DNA from: Anaerolineae bacterium
Lineage (GTDB): Bacteria > Chloroflexota > Anaerolineae > Anaerolineales > UBA4823
Assembly: GCA_003130835.1 (NCBI GenBank)
Contig: QEXX01000088.1
Coordinates: forward strand, 16,715-80,714
DNA: 64,000 bases
Direction: 5' to 3'
The position numbers and the translations under genes are program-made. Positions 9,924-19,217 of the stretch are shown here, in pieces (positions within the stretch are counted from its first letter, which is position 1; each line of letters begins with the position of its first letter). The notes beneath the pieces are model-generated. The model was not told the DNA's origin. It ran no database searches and saw only the letters and a program-made list of their open reading frames with translations.

Positions 9924-10760
9924 ATGAGTTACGAGGAAAGAATACGAGCAGCTAGGTCTAATATGTCAAAAAGTTTTTCTAAGCTGGCTGATTATCTATT
10001 AGACTCTTATATCGAAGCCTCATTTATGACGGCAAGCGAACTTGCTCATACCTTAAACCTTGATGCAGCCACCGTTGTTCGGTTCTCCCAATTTCTTGGT
10101 TATAATGGCTTTCCAGAATTGCAACGGGAAATTCGCCAAAAGGTACGCAATGATTTGCTTCTTCGGCCTCAGGAAGCTTTAGAACCCAACAGCGTGACGG
10201 GAATCGTCCAATCAGCAATGCGGGAAATCGCTGAAGCCATCGAACACACCCGAATCTCTTTAGATATTGATTCGATCCAAAAGTTAGTTGAATTGCTCGG
10301 TACGGTGCGTCGCATTCTCATCTTTGCCGAAGGTCCTGCTCAACCAAACGCCTATAGTCTCGTGCAATATCTTGAACAAGGTGGTTTCCCGGTCTATATC
10401 GCGCGTGCAGGAGTTGTCGACTTAGCGCGCACCCTAAATAATGCTACCCCTCAGGATTTGATTCTAGCTATGGAAATTACCGGACAGACTCCCTATATTG
10501 CGACAGCGCTTTGTGAAGCGCGCTCACGCGGCATCCCCACTGCGGCGATTGTCGGTGCAGCTTCCTTAGCGTCAACACGCTGCGCCGATATTGTCATCGC
10601 TGCAGCTGCGCATTCTTCTGTCGGAGTAGGCACGGTATCCTTGGAGGCAATTATCTATACCTTTGCCAAACTGTTGCGTTGGCGTTTTGCCGATCGTTTT
10701 GCTGGTACAGAACAAGCCATCTTAGAGATCTCAAACCGCATCCAACAGCCTTTAGAATAA
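9924..10760 (+). CDS. MurR/RpiR family transcriptional regulator
   Basis: N-terminal HTH (TASELAHTLNLDAATVVRFSQFLGYNGFPELQ) plus C-terminal SIS domain. Confidence 0.9.
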   Translation: MSYEERIRAARSNMSKSFSKLADYLLDSYIEASFMTASELAHTLNLDAATVVRFSQFLGYNGFPELQREIRQKVRNDLLLRPQEALEPNSVTGIVQSAMREIAEAIEHTRISLDIDSIQKLVELLGTVRRILIFAEGPAQPNAYSLVQYLEQGGFPVYIARAGVVDLARTLNNATPQDLILAMEITGQTPYIATALCEARSRGIPTAAIVGAASLASTRCADIVIAAAAHSSVGVGTVSLEAIIYTFAKLLRWRFADRFAGTEQAILEISNRIQQPLE

Positions 10761-10780
10761 ATCTTTTTTCGGAGAGAACC

Positions 10781-11551
10781 ATGCGATTTGTTCGTTATCA
10801 AAAGCCCAATCAACCCCCCCGTCAGGGTTGGCTTTCTGGCAATCAAGTCGGTCCAATCGAAGGTTCGATCTTCACCGAGTTCCGCCGTTTGGAAGCCGAA
10901 GAGGAGCTCTCGCAAATCCGAATCTTACCCCCTGTCCAACCAAGCAAGATAATTTGTGTCGGCAGAAATTATGCTGCCCATGCTTCGGAACACGGAGCTG
11001 AGGTTCCAGAAGTGCCCCTATTGTTTCTGAAACCCCCCTCCGCAGTCATTGGGCACTTAGACCCCATCATATTGCCTCCTCAAAGCCACCAAGTCGAACA
11101 CGAGGCAGAACTGGCTATTGTTATCGGAAAGCGCGGCCGATGGATCCTTCCCGACCAAGCCGAAGGCTATATTCTTGGCTACACGATCGCCAATGATGTT
11201 ACCGCTCGAGACTTGCAAAATAGAGACCATCAGTGGACACGTGCAAAAGGTTTCGATACGTTTTGCCCAATCGGGCCTTGGATCGAAACGGAATTCAATC
11301 CCTCCGATGCCTTAATCACCTGTACGGTGAACGACGATATCCGTCAAATGGCTTCAACCCACGATATGGTCTTTAATATTTACCAACTGATTGCTTTTGC
11401 CTCATCGATTATGACCCTAGAACCGGGTGACCTGATTCTCACCGGCACGCCAGCGGGGGTAAGCCCTCTTTCCGATGGGGATGTCGTCCGCATCACCATT
11501 GATGGAATCGGCACCCTAGAAAACCCGGTTAAAGCAGAAGCCCCCCACTAA
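10781..11551 (+). CDS. Fumarylacetoacetate hydrolase family protein
   Basis: KIICVGRNYAAH, LFLKPPS, HEAELAIVIG, NDVTARDLQ, AKGFDTFCPIGP, GDLILTGTP. Start moved to ATG 10781 after GGAGAG. Confidence 0.92.
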   Translation: MRFVRYQKPNQPPRQGWLSGNQVGPIEGSIFTEFRRLEAEEELSQIRILPPVQPSKIICVGRNYAAHASEHGAEVPEVPLLFLKPPSAVIGHLDPIILPPQSHQVEHEAELAIVIGKRGRWILPDQAEGYILGYTIANDVTARDLQNRDHQWTRAKGFDTFCPIGPWIETEFNPSDALITCTVNDDIRQMASTHDMVFNIYQLIAFASSIMTLEPGDLILTGTPAGVSPLSDGDVVRITIDGIGTLENPVKAEAPH

Positions 11552-11558
11552 TGGTTCG

Positions 11559-12716
11559 ATGTCCTTAGATATTCATACTACGGTTCAGGTTATCCTGTTG
11601 ATTCTTTTGCTCTTGGTAGCCTTGATGGTCTGGCAAGGCATCCAGTCGATTCGCACAGCCCGCAAGCTACCTTTCTTTCGTTTGCGCCGTAATCGAAATT
11701 TGCGCGGTTGGAGGCTGATCGGTGGGTCTATTCTTCTCTTTATCCTAACTTTGATCCTGAATACTCGCCTTGAGCCAATGATCTACACCGTGTTTCCCCC
11801 ATCGCCAACGATAACACTCAGTCCAACCATCACCCTGTCACCAACCATTACCTTATCGCCAACCATCACCCTAACCCCCACCATCACGTTAACTCCCGAA
11901 GTGACCGACACTCCGACCATCACCCCAACCCCTTTTGTCCCACTCGCCATCGAAGCCCGTTTTGAAGCAACTGTTCCCCCCAACCCAGAAGCGAAATTTA
12001 GCCCCATTATTTTCACTCAAGGAATTGATGCCCTCTATCAACCCATTGCGCCCGGTGAAGAGTTTCAGAATCCGGTCGGACATCTATACGGCGTATTTAG
12101 CTACGATCAAATGGTCGATGGTTCGCAGTGGACTGCTCTCTGGTATCGAGATGGCGAGTTAGTGCACTTTGAAACCAAAGTCTGGGATGGAGGCACTGGG
12201 GGGTATGGTTATACGGATTGGAATCCCGATCCCTCACAATGGTTACCCGGCGAATATGAGGTGCAATTGTTCAACGGCTTATTATGGAAACGTTCAGGGC
12301 GCTTTCGAGTGGTTGGTGAACCTCCAACTCCTGCCCCAAGCCCCACCTATACCCAAACCCCAACTCCGTCAAGAACACCCACCCCCACACGCAGCTTAAC
12401 ACCCACGCGTACCCTTACACCTACGCGCACTGCGACCTTATCACCCGAACAACGTCTGACCTTAACAGCAGCCCCAACGCGCACCCCTACGCCAACGCGT
12501 ACCCGCATCCCAACCTTTACACCTACAATCACTCAGACAAAACGCCCCACCTGGACAATCACTCTCTCCCCCACCGTAACCTTAACTCGCACTCCTTATA
12601 GCAGCCCCACGGTGACCTTAACGAGAACCCCTTATCCAACCCTCACGCGCACCCCGGTAACGCCTAGCATCACTCCTTACCCCACTCTGACCCGTACGCC
12701 CACGCCAACCAATTAG
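11559..12716 (+). CDS. Membrane protein with Thr/Pro-rich repeats flanking an Ig-like domain
   Basis: Two N-terminal TM helices, (PTITLS/T)n repeats, a beta domain ending WLPGEYEVQLF, and a long TPT-rich C-terminal tail. Confidence 0.75.
   Translation: MSLDIHTTVQVILLILLLLVALMVWQGIQSIRTARKLPFFRLRRNRNLRGWRLIGGSILLFILTLILNTRLEPMIYTVFPPSPTITLSPTITLSPTITLSPTITLTPTITLTPEVTDTPTITPTPFVPLAIEARFEATVPPNPEAKFSPIIFTQGIDALYQPIAPGEEFQNPVGHLYGVFSYDQMVDGSQWTALWYRDGELVHFETKVWDGGTGGYGYTDWNPDPSQWLPGEYEVQLFNGLLWKRSGRFRVVGEPPTPAPSPTYTQTPTPSRTPTPTRSLTPTRTLTPTRTATLSPEQRLTLTAAPTRTPTPTRTRIPTFTPTITQTKRPTWTITLSPTVTLTRTPYSSPTVTLTRTPYPTLTRTPVTPSITPYPTLTRTPTPTN
11805..11897 (+). repeat. In-frame 18-bp tandem repeats encoding PTITLS/T x5
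   Basis: CCAACGATAACACTCAGT / CCAACCATCACCCTGTCA / CCAACCATTACCTTATCG etc.; synonymous divergence between copies. Confidence 0.8.
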
Positions 12717-13648
12717 CGACCTTTGCTCCAAGCCAAAGCAATTTGAGCTGCAATCCGAGCGTTATTCTTCAACAAGCTAAGATTGGTTTGCACGCTCTTA
12801 CCCCCCGATAATTCGTACAGCCTTTGTAGTAAGAAGGGGGTCACCGCTTGACCGTGAATGCCCTGTTTTTCCGCTTCAGACACAGCTTGTTGAATATAGG
12901 CTTCCACCTCATCAGCCGATAAAGCATCGGCTTGCGGTGGAGGCGCGGCGACCAAAATTGCGCTCTGAAACCCCAATTCCCAATGCGTTCGCGCCAAACT
13001 CGCAATGTCTTGAGGGGTGTTTACTACTACACTGACCTCCAAATTCGGGCTTCCGAGGCTATAAAAAGCAGGAAACACCTCGGTTTGATAGCCCACCACC
13101 GGAACAGAGCGGGTTTCAAGCGCCTCCAACGTTGCAGCTAAATCCAAGATCGCTTTCGCACCTGAACAAACCACGATAACAGGGATTTCCGCCAAGGCTT
13201 GAATATCGGCGGATACATCACTGTGCCGCAAGGTTTCCGTATAACGATGTACCCCACCAATTCCGCCCGTCGAAAAAACTCGAATACCGACCTGATGAGC
13301 AACCCACATCGTTGCAGCCACCGTCGTGCCACCCCAACCTTTTTCAACCACCAACGGCGCTATATCGCGTAAACTCACTTTGGAGACTTGCGCTCGGGTT
13401 GCCAAAGCATGAATTTCATCTACAGTCAATCCGCATACGATCTTGCCGTCGATGATTCCGATCGTTGCTGGTATACAACCCGCATTATGGATTTCTTCTT
13501 CGATTTCTTGTGCCAATTGCAGGTTTTGGGGATAGGGGAGCCCATGCGTGATCACCGTTGTTTCAAGGGCAACCACCGCTTGGTTCTCATTTAATGCTTT
13601 CGATAGAGAAGGAGATAAACGGAAATAAGGCGGAAGAGTACGGCTCAT
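12713..13648 (-). CDS. psuG: Pseudouridine-5'-phosphate glycosidase
   Basis: VVALETTVITHGLPYPQN, TTVAATM, FSTGGIGGVHR, DVSADI, GAKAILD, VTPFLL. Confidence 0.95.
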   Translation of the reverse strand: MSRTLPPYFRLSPSLSKALNENQAVVALETTVITHGLPYPQNLQLAQEIEEEIHNAGCIPATIGIIDGKIVCGLTVDEIHALATRAQVSKVSLRDIAPLVVEKGWGGTTVAATMWVAHQVGIRVFSTGGIGGVHRYTETLRHSDVSADIQALAEIPVIVVCSGAKAILDLAATLEALETRSVPVVGYQTEVFPAFYSLGSPNLEVSVVVNTPQDIASLARTHWELGFQSAILVAAPPPQADALSADEVEAYIQQAVSEAEKQGIHGQAVTPFLLQRLYELSGGKSVQTNLSLLKNNARIAAQIALAWSKGR

Positions 13649-14604
13649 TAGATTACCAATTGGTCATAGAGTTTTTCCAGAGATAAGTCAGGCACCACTG
13701 CACCAGGATATCGGAGCGTTAACGTGGCAGCCGAAACTCCCAAGCGCAAAGCATCATCCAAAGGCATTTCATTGAGTAAACCAAATAGAACTGCAGCCGT
13801 CAAGGCGTCTCCTGCGCCGGTTGGGTCTAAAATCTCGGTTTGAATGGCCGGGATATGTCCGTTGGTCTCTGAAGAAGCATAGCACACACCCTGTTCAGCT
13901 AAGGTGATGATCACCACATCCACCCCTTGACTGACCAAGGTTTTGGCAAGCAACAAAGCTTGCCGACGGGATGGCGACTTAGGAGGCTCTTGGGCCAACA
14001 AATTCGCTTCTGCAAAATTCGGTGTGATCAGAAAAGTCTGCTCCAAATAAGGCAATAAACGAGACGAAAGATGTAAAGAGGTCGGATCAGCGCAGACCGG
14101 AACGCGGTATTTTTTTGCCAGAGAATAAACGACCCGCAAAGTTTCTGGAGGAAGATTTAAGTCTATGAAAATAAAAGAGGCATCCTTGAACAATTTGGAG
14201 TGCTTCCGAAGGTAGGTCGCTGTAAGGTTATGAGTTACTTCCATGCTATCTAAGGCGAAGAGCATTTCCGCCTTATTGTTTAATATCCCCATATACATTC
14301 CAGTTGGACAATCTCCACAGCGGATAATATATTCTGTATTGACCCCTGCTAATTGGGTATGTTTGACAAGACGCTCACCGTCTTCATCCTCTCCAACAGC
14401 CGTAAGCAAGATAACACCTTGACCTAGACGAGCTAAATTTTCGGCAACATTTCTTGCCACTCCCCCAAAGGTTGTGCGGATACGGGCTGGGTTTGATGAA
14501 CCTTCGCGCAATTCACTCTCAAGTTTGCCGACAATGTCTATGCCCGCCGCGCCAATCACCACCACCGGACACTCTGACTTGAGCTCAAAATTGTTCTTTT
14601 TCAT
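13648..14604 (-). CDS. psuK: PfkB-family kinase, probable pseudouridine kinase
   Basis: GGVARNVAENLARLG and DPTGAGDA PfkB signatures; 1-bp overlap with psuG. Confidence 0.8.
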   Translation of the reverse strand: MKKNNFELKSECPVVVIGAAGIDIVGKLESELREGSSNPARIRTTFGGVARNVAENLARLGQGVILLTAVGEDEDGERLVKHTQLAGVNTEYIIRCGDCPTGMYMGILNNKAEMLFALDSMEVTHNLTATYLRKHSKLFKDASFIFIDLNLPPETLRVVYSLAKKYRVPVCADPTSLHLSSRLLPYLEQTFLITPNFAEANLLAQEPPKSPSRRQALLLAKTLVSQGVDVVIITLAEQGVCYASSETNGHIPAIQTEILDPTGAGDALTAAVLFGLLNEMPLDDALRLGVSAATLTLRYPGAVVPDLSLEKLYDQLVI

Positions 14605-14850
14605 TTCCTAAATTATAATAGCTCTCGTTCTTTGCTGATATCAAATTTTTGGGATTTCTAAAACGCCTCATGCTATCTAAAGCCATATCTCTGGCAACCG
14701 ATCATAGCTGGCCGAGCAACTTATCTGATGGCTATACCCATCTTCAGTCCTCCCATCGCCATCAATGTCACAGGCTGCAATGACAGCCCTTCTGCCTTTA
14801 CTCGTCGCTTAGGAAAATAGCAGACCCTATCGAGGAGATGGACCCTTAGC

Positions 14851-15507
14851 ATGCTGATTCGAGTTGAACTCCACTGTCACACCGATGCATCCGAAGATAG
14901 TTTACTGAGCGTTTCCGAATTGCTGGAAACTTGCAAACGAAAAAGAATCGATAAAATCGCCATCACCGACCATAACACGATTCGCAATGCTCGCTTAGCC
15001 CAACAAATTGCTCCGGATACGGTAATTCTCGGAGAAGAAATCCTTACGCAACAAGGCGAACTACTGGCTTTTTTTGTCACCGAAGAGCTCCCAGCCGGTT
15101 TAGATGCTCTTGAAGCTATCACTGAATTACGCCGACAAGGTGCATTCATCAGTGTTTCCCATCCATACGACCATTTCCGCAAGGGTTACTGGCAGGAAAC
15201 TGAGCTAATTAAAATTGCAACGAAAGTCGATGCAATTGAAATCTTCAATGCAAGATGTCTTCGCAATCGACACAACCGTTTGGCGCGTGCCTTCGCTGAA
15301 CGCCATCAGCTATTCGGGACAGTGGGCTCAGACGCTCACTCTGCCATTGAAGTGGGCCGCGCTTATCATATGATGGACAATTTTTCGACTGCCGAGCAAT
15401 TTCGCTATGCACTGGTCAATTCACAAATTCGCACTCAACGATCCTCGCCGCTCGTTCATCTATTATCCAGATTTGCCAAATGGAAAAAAACCTTCAAAAT
15501 CGCTTGA
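14851..15507 (+). CDS. PHP domain phosphoesterase
   Basis: ELHCHT, IAITDHN, SHPY and GSDAH metal-binding motifs. Confidence 0.88.
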   Translation: MLIRVELHCHTDASEDSLLSVSELLETCKRKRIDKIAITDHNTIRNARLAQQIAPDTVILGEEILTQQGELLAFFVTEELPAGLDALEAITELRRQGAFISVSHPYDHFRKGYWQETELIKIATKVDAIEIFNARCLRNRHNRLARAFAERHQLFGTVGSDAHSAIEVGRAYHMMDNFSTAEQFRYALVNSQIRTQRSSPLVHLLSRFAKWKKTFKIA

Positions 15508-15531
15508 CCATTCTCAATTTTTGAGTAGAAT
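15504..15531 (+). promoter_or_regulatory. Sigma70-type promoter of tRNA-Leu
   Basis: TTGACC-16 nt-TAGAAT ending 9 nt before the tRNA. Confidence 0.6.
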
Positions 15532-15540
15532 CAAATTAGT

Positions 15541-15626
15541 GGGGCGGTGGCGGAACTGGCAGACGCAGGGGACTTAAAATCCTCCGGAGGTGACACTCCT
15601 TGTGGGTTCGACTCCCACCCGCCCCA
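15541..15626 (+). tRNA. tRNA-Leu(TAA)
   Basis: GGGGCGG acceptor stem, GGGGA-CTTAAAA-TCCTC anticodon arm, long variable arm, GTTCGACTC T-loop. Confidence 0.97.
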
Positions 15627-15654
15627 TGTAAAATCTCTGATTCAAGGCTTATAC

Positions 15655-15681
15655 GGCGGTTCATGATCGACATGAACCGCC
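15655..15681 (+). terminator. Hairpin downstream of tRNA-Leu
   Basis: GGCGGTTCATG-ATCGA-CATGAACCGCC perfect 11-bp stem; lacks a U-tract. Confidence 0.5.
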
Positions 15682-15791
15682 AACGCAATTCTAGGGGCGT
15701 CTGATCAAAGATTCCCCTTTCAATGATCAACGTTCATGGGTTTGTTCTAGGTGTAACGCTGATCCCTATCTTTATGGTATGATTTTTCACG

Positions 15792-16769
15792 ATGTCTGCG
15801 GCGAATCATTTTCCACGCATTGTCTTTATGGGCTCTCCGAGCTTTGCTGTACCCATCTTAGAGCACCTTGCAGAGCGATATAACGTCATAGGAGTTGTTA
15901 CACAACCGGATCGTCCGGCGGGCAGAGGCAACAAGCTGACATCCCCACCGGTCAAAGAAGTAGCAGAGCGTTTGGCGCTTCCATACATTCAGCCCACTCG
16001 TCTCAGTGAACCGACAGCCATCCGTCAGCTAGAAACATGGCGACCCGACCTCATCGTCCTTGCCGCTTTTGGACAAATCCTAAAACCCAATGTCTTGAAT
16101 CTCCCCCCTCATGGTTGCATCAACGTTCATGCCTCGTTACTTCCCCGTTGGCGAGGAGCAGCTCCCATTGCAGCAGCCATTTTACACGGCGATCCAGAAA
16201 CCGGCATCACGATTATGAAAATGGATGAAGGGATAGATACGGGGCCGATTCTACGGCAACAAGCCACACCCATCCTTGATTCAGACAACAGCCTAACCCT
16301 TTCTGCCCGCTTAGCAGACCTTGGGGCACGATTATTACTTGAAACGCTACCCGACTACCTAGAAGGCAAAATTGTGCCTCGAGAACAAGACCATCAACAA
16401 GCCACCTATGCACCCATGCTAAAGAAAGAGCAAGGCGAGCTGGATTTCCATCAGCCTGCCATCCATCTCTGGCGTAAAGTGCGTGCTTTTTATCCTTGGC
16501 CTTCTGCATTCACCTACCTTAACGGAAAGCACCTGATCGTCCACGAAGCCTCTGCTCTTGAGGTTGAACACAACTATCCAATCGGACAAACCGTCCGCTA
16601 TCAAAAGAAAGCTGCCATAGCAACTGCTAGGGGATTGCTCGAATTGATCAAAGTCCAACCCAGTGGTAAAAACCCTATCTCAGGCAGTGATCTCATCAAC
16701 GGCTATCGCGATTGGGGCAAGATTGTCCTGCCCGATTACGGAAAAGGACTTTCTAAGACATCGAGCTAA
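15792..16769 (+). CDS. fmt: Methionyl-tRNA formyltransferase
   Basis: IVFMGSPSFA, VVTQPDRPAGRG, INVHASLLPRWRGAAPI, MDEGIDTG. Confidence 0.96.
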   Translation: MSAANHFPRIVFMGSPSFAVPILEHLAERYNVIGVVTQPDRPAGRGNKLTSPPVKEVAERLALPYIQPTRLSEPTAIRQLETWRPDLIVLAAFGQILKPNVLNLPPHGCINVHASLLPRWRGAAPIAAAILHGDPETGITIMKMDEGIDTGPILRQQATPILDSDNSLTLSARLADLGARLLLETLPDYLEGKIVPREQDHQQATYAPMLKKEQGELDFHQPAIHLWRKVRAFYPWPSAFTYLNGKHLIVHEASALEVEHNYPIGQTVRYQKKAAIATARGLLELIKVQPSGKNPISGSDLINGYRDWGKIVLPDYGKGLSKTSS

Positions 16770-16838
16770 ACTTCAATCGTTTTCTAAAGGCATCTTTACG
16801 CAACCCAAGAGAACATCTACGCACGAATTAAGACAAAT

Positions 16839-17483
16839 ATGGAATCGATTGACTACTATCAAATCTACTTTCTGCGACACGGTGAGTCCACCGGTAATGC
16901 CAACGGTTATCATCAAGGACAATCGGATTTTCCGCTATCTGATCAAGGTATACAACAAGCTCAGCGGCTGGGTTCGTTGTGGAAAACACAAGGCATTTAT
17001 TTCGACACAATCATCAGCAGCCCATTATCCCGCGCAAGGCAGACCGCAGAAATTATCGCTCAAGCGCTCTCTATGCCGCTCGAATTTGATCCAATTTGGA
17101 TGGAAAGAGACGCCGGCATGCTTTCTGGCCTTCACGCAGATGAAGCTCAAAAACGCTACCCTCGTCCGCAGTTCATGAGCGTATATGATAAAGTTGGCAT
17201 GACAGGGGAAAGTCAATGGGAGCTCTTCTTGCGCGCTGGAAAAGCTGTAGATACCCTGATAAAACGCGAGCCAGGGCGTTATTTGGTTGTCTCGCATGGT
17301 GGCATCCTCAACATGGTGTTGTACGTCACCTTGGGCATTTTCCCCCAACCCAATTTTTATGGGGCACAGTTCCTCTTCACCAACACGGGGTATGCTCTGC
17401 TTCACTTTTATCCCCAAACCCACAATTGGCTTTTGGTAGAGCTAAGCCACCCGACAAAAACGGGACCAACTGAGGAAAAATAG
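16839..17483 (+). CDS. Histidine phosphatase (phosphoglycerate mutase family)
   Basis: LRHGESTGN, SSPLSRARQTA, GES, VVSHGG. Confidence 0.9.
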   Translation: MESIDYYQIYFLRHGESTGNANGYHQGQSDFPLSDQGIQQAQRLGSLWKTQGIYFDTIISSPLSRARQTAEIIAQALSMPLEFDPIWMERDAGMLSGLHADEAQKRYPRPQFMSVYDKVGMTGESQWELFLRAGKAVDTLIKREPGRYLVVSHGGILNMVLYVTLGIFPQPNFYGAQFLFTNTGYALLHFYPQTHNWLLVELSHPTKTGPTEEK

Positions 17484-17488
17484 ATTCT

Positions 17489-18544
17489 ATGTACAAAATC
17501 TCCATGCTCTCCATCGGCGCCGGCGCCATCGGCTCTTACATCGGCGGTCGCTTGCTTCTAAGCGGGCAGCAAGTGGTTTTCTTAGAAAAACCCAACGTAG
17601 CCGAAAGCCTTCAAAAGGTTGGATTAACGATTTATCAAGGCAAAGAAAGCCAACGGGTTGAGTCGTTGCAGGTCCTGTCCTCTCTACAACAAGCGCTCTC
17701 GCAGGAAAAGGCTTATGACATCCTCCTCGTAGCGGTAAAGTCCTATGATACCGCCAAATTAATCGAGACTCTTTTGCCTTACAAAGATCACATTCCACCG
17801 ATTCTCAGCCTGCAGAATGGAGTCGAAAACGAGCCCCAATTTCGCTCCGCTTTTGGGGAGGAACGCGTTATTGCCGGCACTGTAACCAGCGCAATCGGGT
17901 GGAAGCAGGTCGGTGAAATTGTGATCGAAAAAGAACGGGGCGTTGGAATAGCCACCCAAACACAAAGCGAATTAGCCTTGCGGCTCATTCACGCGTTCAA
18001 ACAAGCTAGATTTAATGTCAAGGGTTATGCAAGCGCGGATGCTTTGAAATGGTCAAAACTCATTACAAATCAATTAACCAACGCCACCTGTGCTATCTTA
18101 AGGATGCCGCCAGCAGCGGTTTTATCTCACCCTGCGGGTTTCCAATTAGAAATGCTTCAAATTCGTGAGACCCTGAAGGTAATGGACGCCTTGAAGATCC
18201 AGGTCGTCGATCTGCCGGCTACTCCGGTTCGAATCTTGGTTTGGGCAATTCGCAACCTTCCTTTTTGGCTTAACCAACCGCTTTTCGTCCAATTCATCGG
18301 CAAAGGGCGCGGAAATAAGATGCCCTCTTTGTTCTTAGACTTAACAGCCGGAAAAAAACAGAGTGAGGTGGAATACCTAAACGGTGCTGTCGTTCGCTTT
18401 GGCAAAAAAGCTGCAATCGACACGCCGGTCAACCACTTTTTGAACCAAACCTTGAGCGACATCGTTCAAGGGAAACTTTCCTCCCAAACCTACGAACATG
18501 CCCCCGAAAAACTCCTCGCAGATTGCCTCAACTCGGCTAAATGA
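17489..18544 (+). CDS. panE: 2-dehydropantoate 2-reductase (ketopantoate reductase family)
   Basis: GAGAIG Rossmann motif, AVKSYD, LQNGV, KWSKL, PSLFLDL..GK..SEVEYLNG. Confidence 0.85.
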   Translation: MYKISMLSIGAGAIGSYIGGRLLLSGQQVVFLEKPNVAESLQKVGLTIYQGKESQRVESLQVLSSLQQALSQEKAYDILLVAVKSYDTAKLIETLLPYKDHIPPILSLQNGVENEPQFRSAFGEERVIAGTVTSAIGWKQVGEIVIEKERGVGIATQTQSELALRLIHAFKQARFNVKGYASADALKWSKLITNQLTNATCAILRMPPAAVLSHPAGFQLEMLQIRETLKVMDALKIQVVDLPATPVRILVWAIRNLPFWLNQPLFVQFIGKGRGNKMPSLFLDLTAGKKQSEVEYLNGAVVRFGKKAAIDTPVNHFLNQTLSDIVQGKLSSQTYEHAPEKLLADCLNSAK

Positions 18545-18616
18545 AAAACTTCTCATCGAAACGTTGCGAAAAGTACTTTCAACAGGTATGATTAGGCCTC
18601 AGTACATCTTGGAGAT

Positions 18617-19201
18617 ATGGAAATGAAGAAAATACAAGTAACGAATTGGCTTTTGGTTTTGTGGGTTGCGTCCTTTTTTCTAGCTTCCTGTTCAGCAGCC
18701 ACTCCACAAGTGATCGAGGTAACCCGTGAAGTACCTCAAACGGTTGTGGTTACTCAAGTCATTACCCAGGTAGTAATCCTTGAACCTTCTCCCACGCCCA
18801 GCGAAACACCTGCACCGATCGTCTACCCGACTTGGACTCCCACTTCACTTCCTCAACCGCCAACCCCGAACCCGGGTCAAGTTCAAGCCCTCAAGCAAAA
18901 GGGATTTTATGTCTATTATCCATTGGAAGGATGTGGACCTTCGATTGTTCGCCCGAGCTTCGATGTTTATGTCAGTATGGATGGGGGCAAGAACGCAATT
19001 CGCAGCAGTCCAGATATCAGCAGTGCCCATAATATTATTGGGTATGCCTTGCCTGGTGAACACCTAAAAGTCATCAGCGGTCCTGTCTGCTCATGGGGAT
19101 GGTTGATGTGGATGGTTGAGACAGACTACGGTTTAACCGGCTGGACACCCGAAAGCGACGGCAAATCTTTTTGGTTGATACCGATGCTACCTCCTGAATA
19201 A
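18617..19201 (+). CDS. Lipoprotein with Thr/Pro linker and SH3-like domain
   Basis: Lipobox LASC, TP-rich linker, C-terminal IRSSP..IIG..PGE.LKVISGPVC..W..V..GWT.E SH3-like pattern. Confidence 0.7.
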   Translation: MEMKKIQVTNWLLVLWVASFFLASCSAATPQVIEVTREVPQTVVVTQVITQVVILEPSPTPSETPAPIVYPTWTPTSLPQPPTPNPGQVQALKQKGFYVYYPLEGCGPSIVRPSFDVYVSMDGGKNAIRSSPDISSAHNIIGYALPGEHLKVISGPVCSWGWLMWMVETDYGLTGWTPESDGKSFWLIPMLPPE

Positions 19202-19217
19202 AAGGAGGAACCGCCTG

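Noticed and set aside
11805-12713. Possible CRISPR or DNA-level repeat array
   Set aside because: Repeats are in-frame, degenerate at third codon positions and have no unique spacers; they are protein repeats. No cas genes in the window.
14677-14808. Minus-strand stop-to-stop frame containing an FG-GAP/EF-hand-like DIDGDGRTE string
   Set aside because: About 43 codons, no ATG start or SD, and only one short motif; could be a gene remnant but cannot be distinguished from chance.
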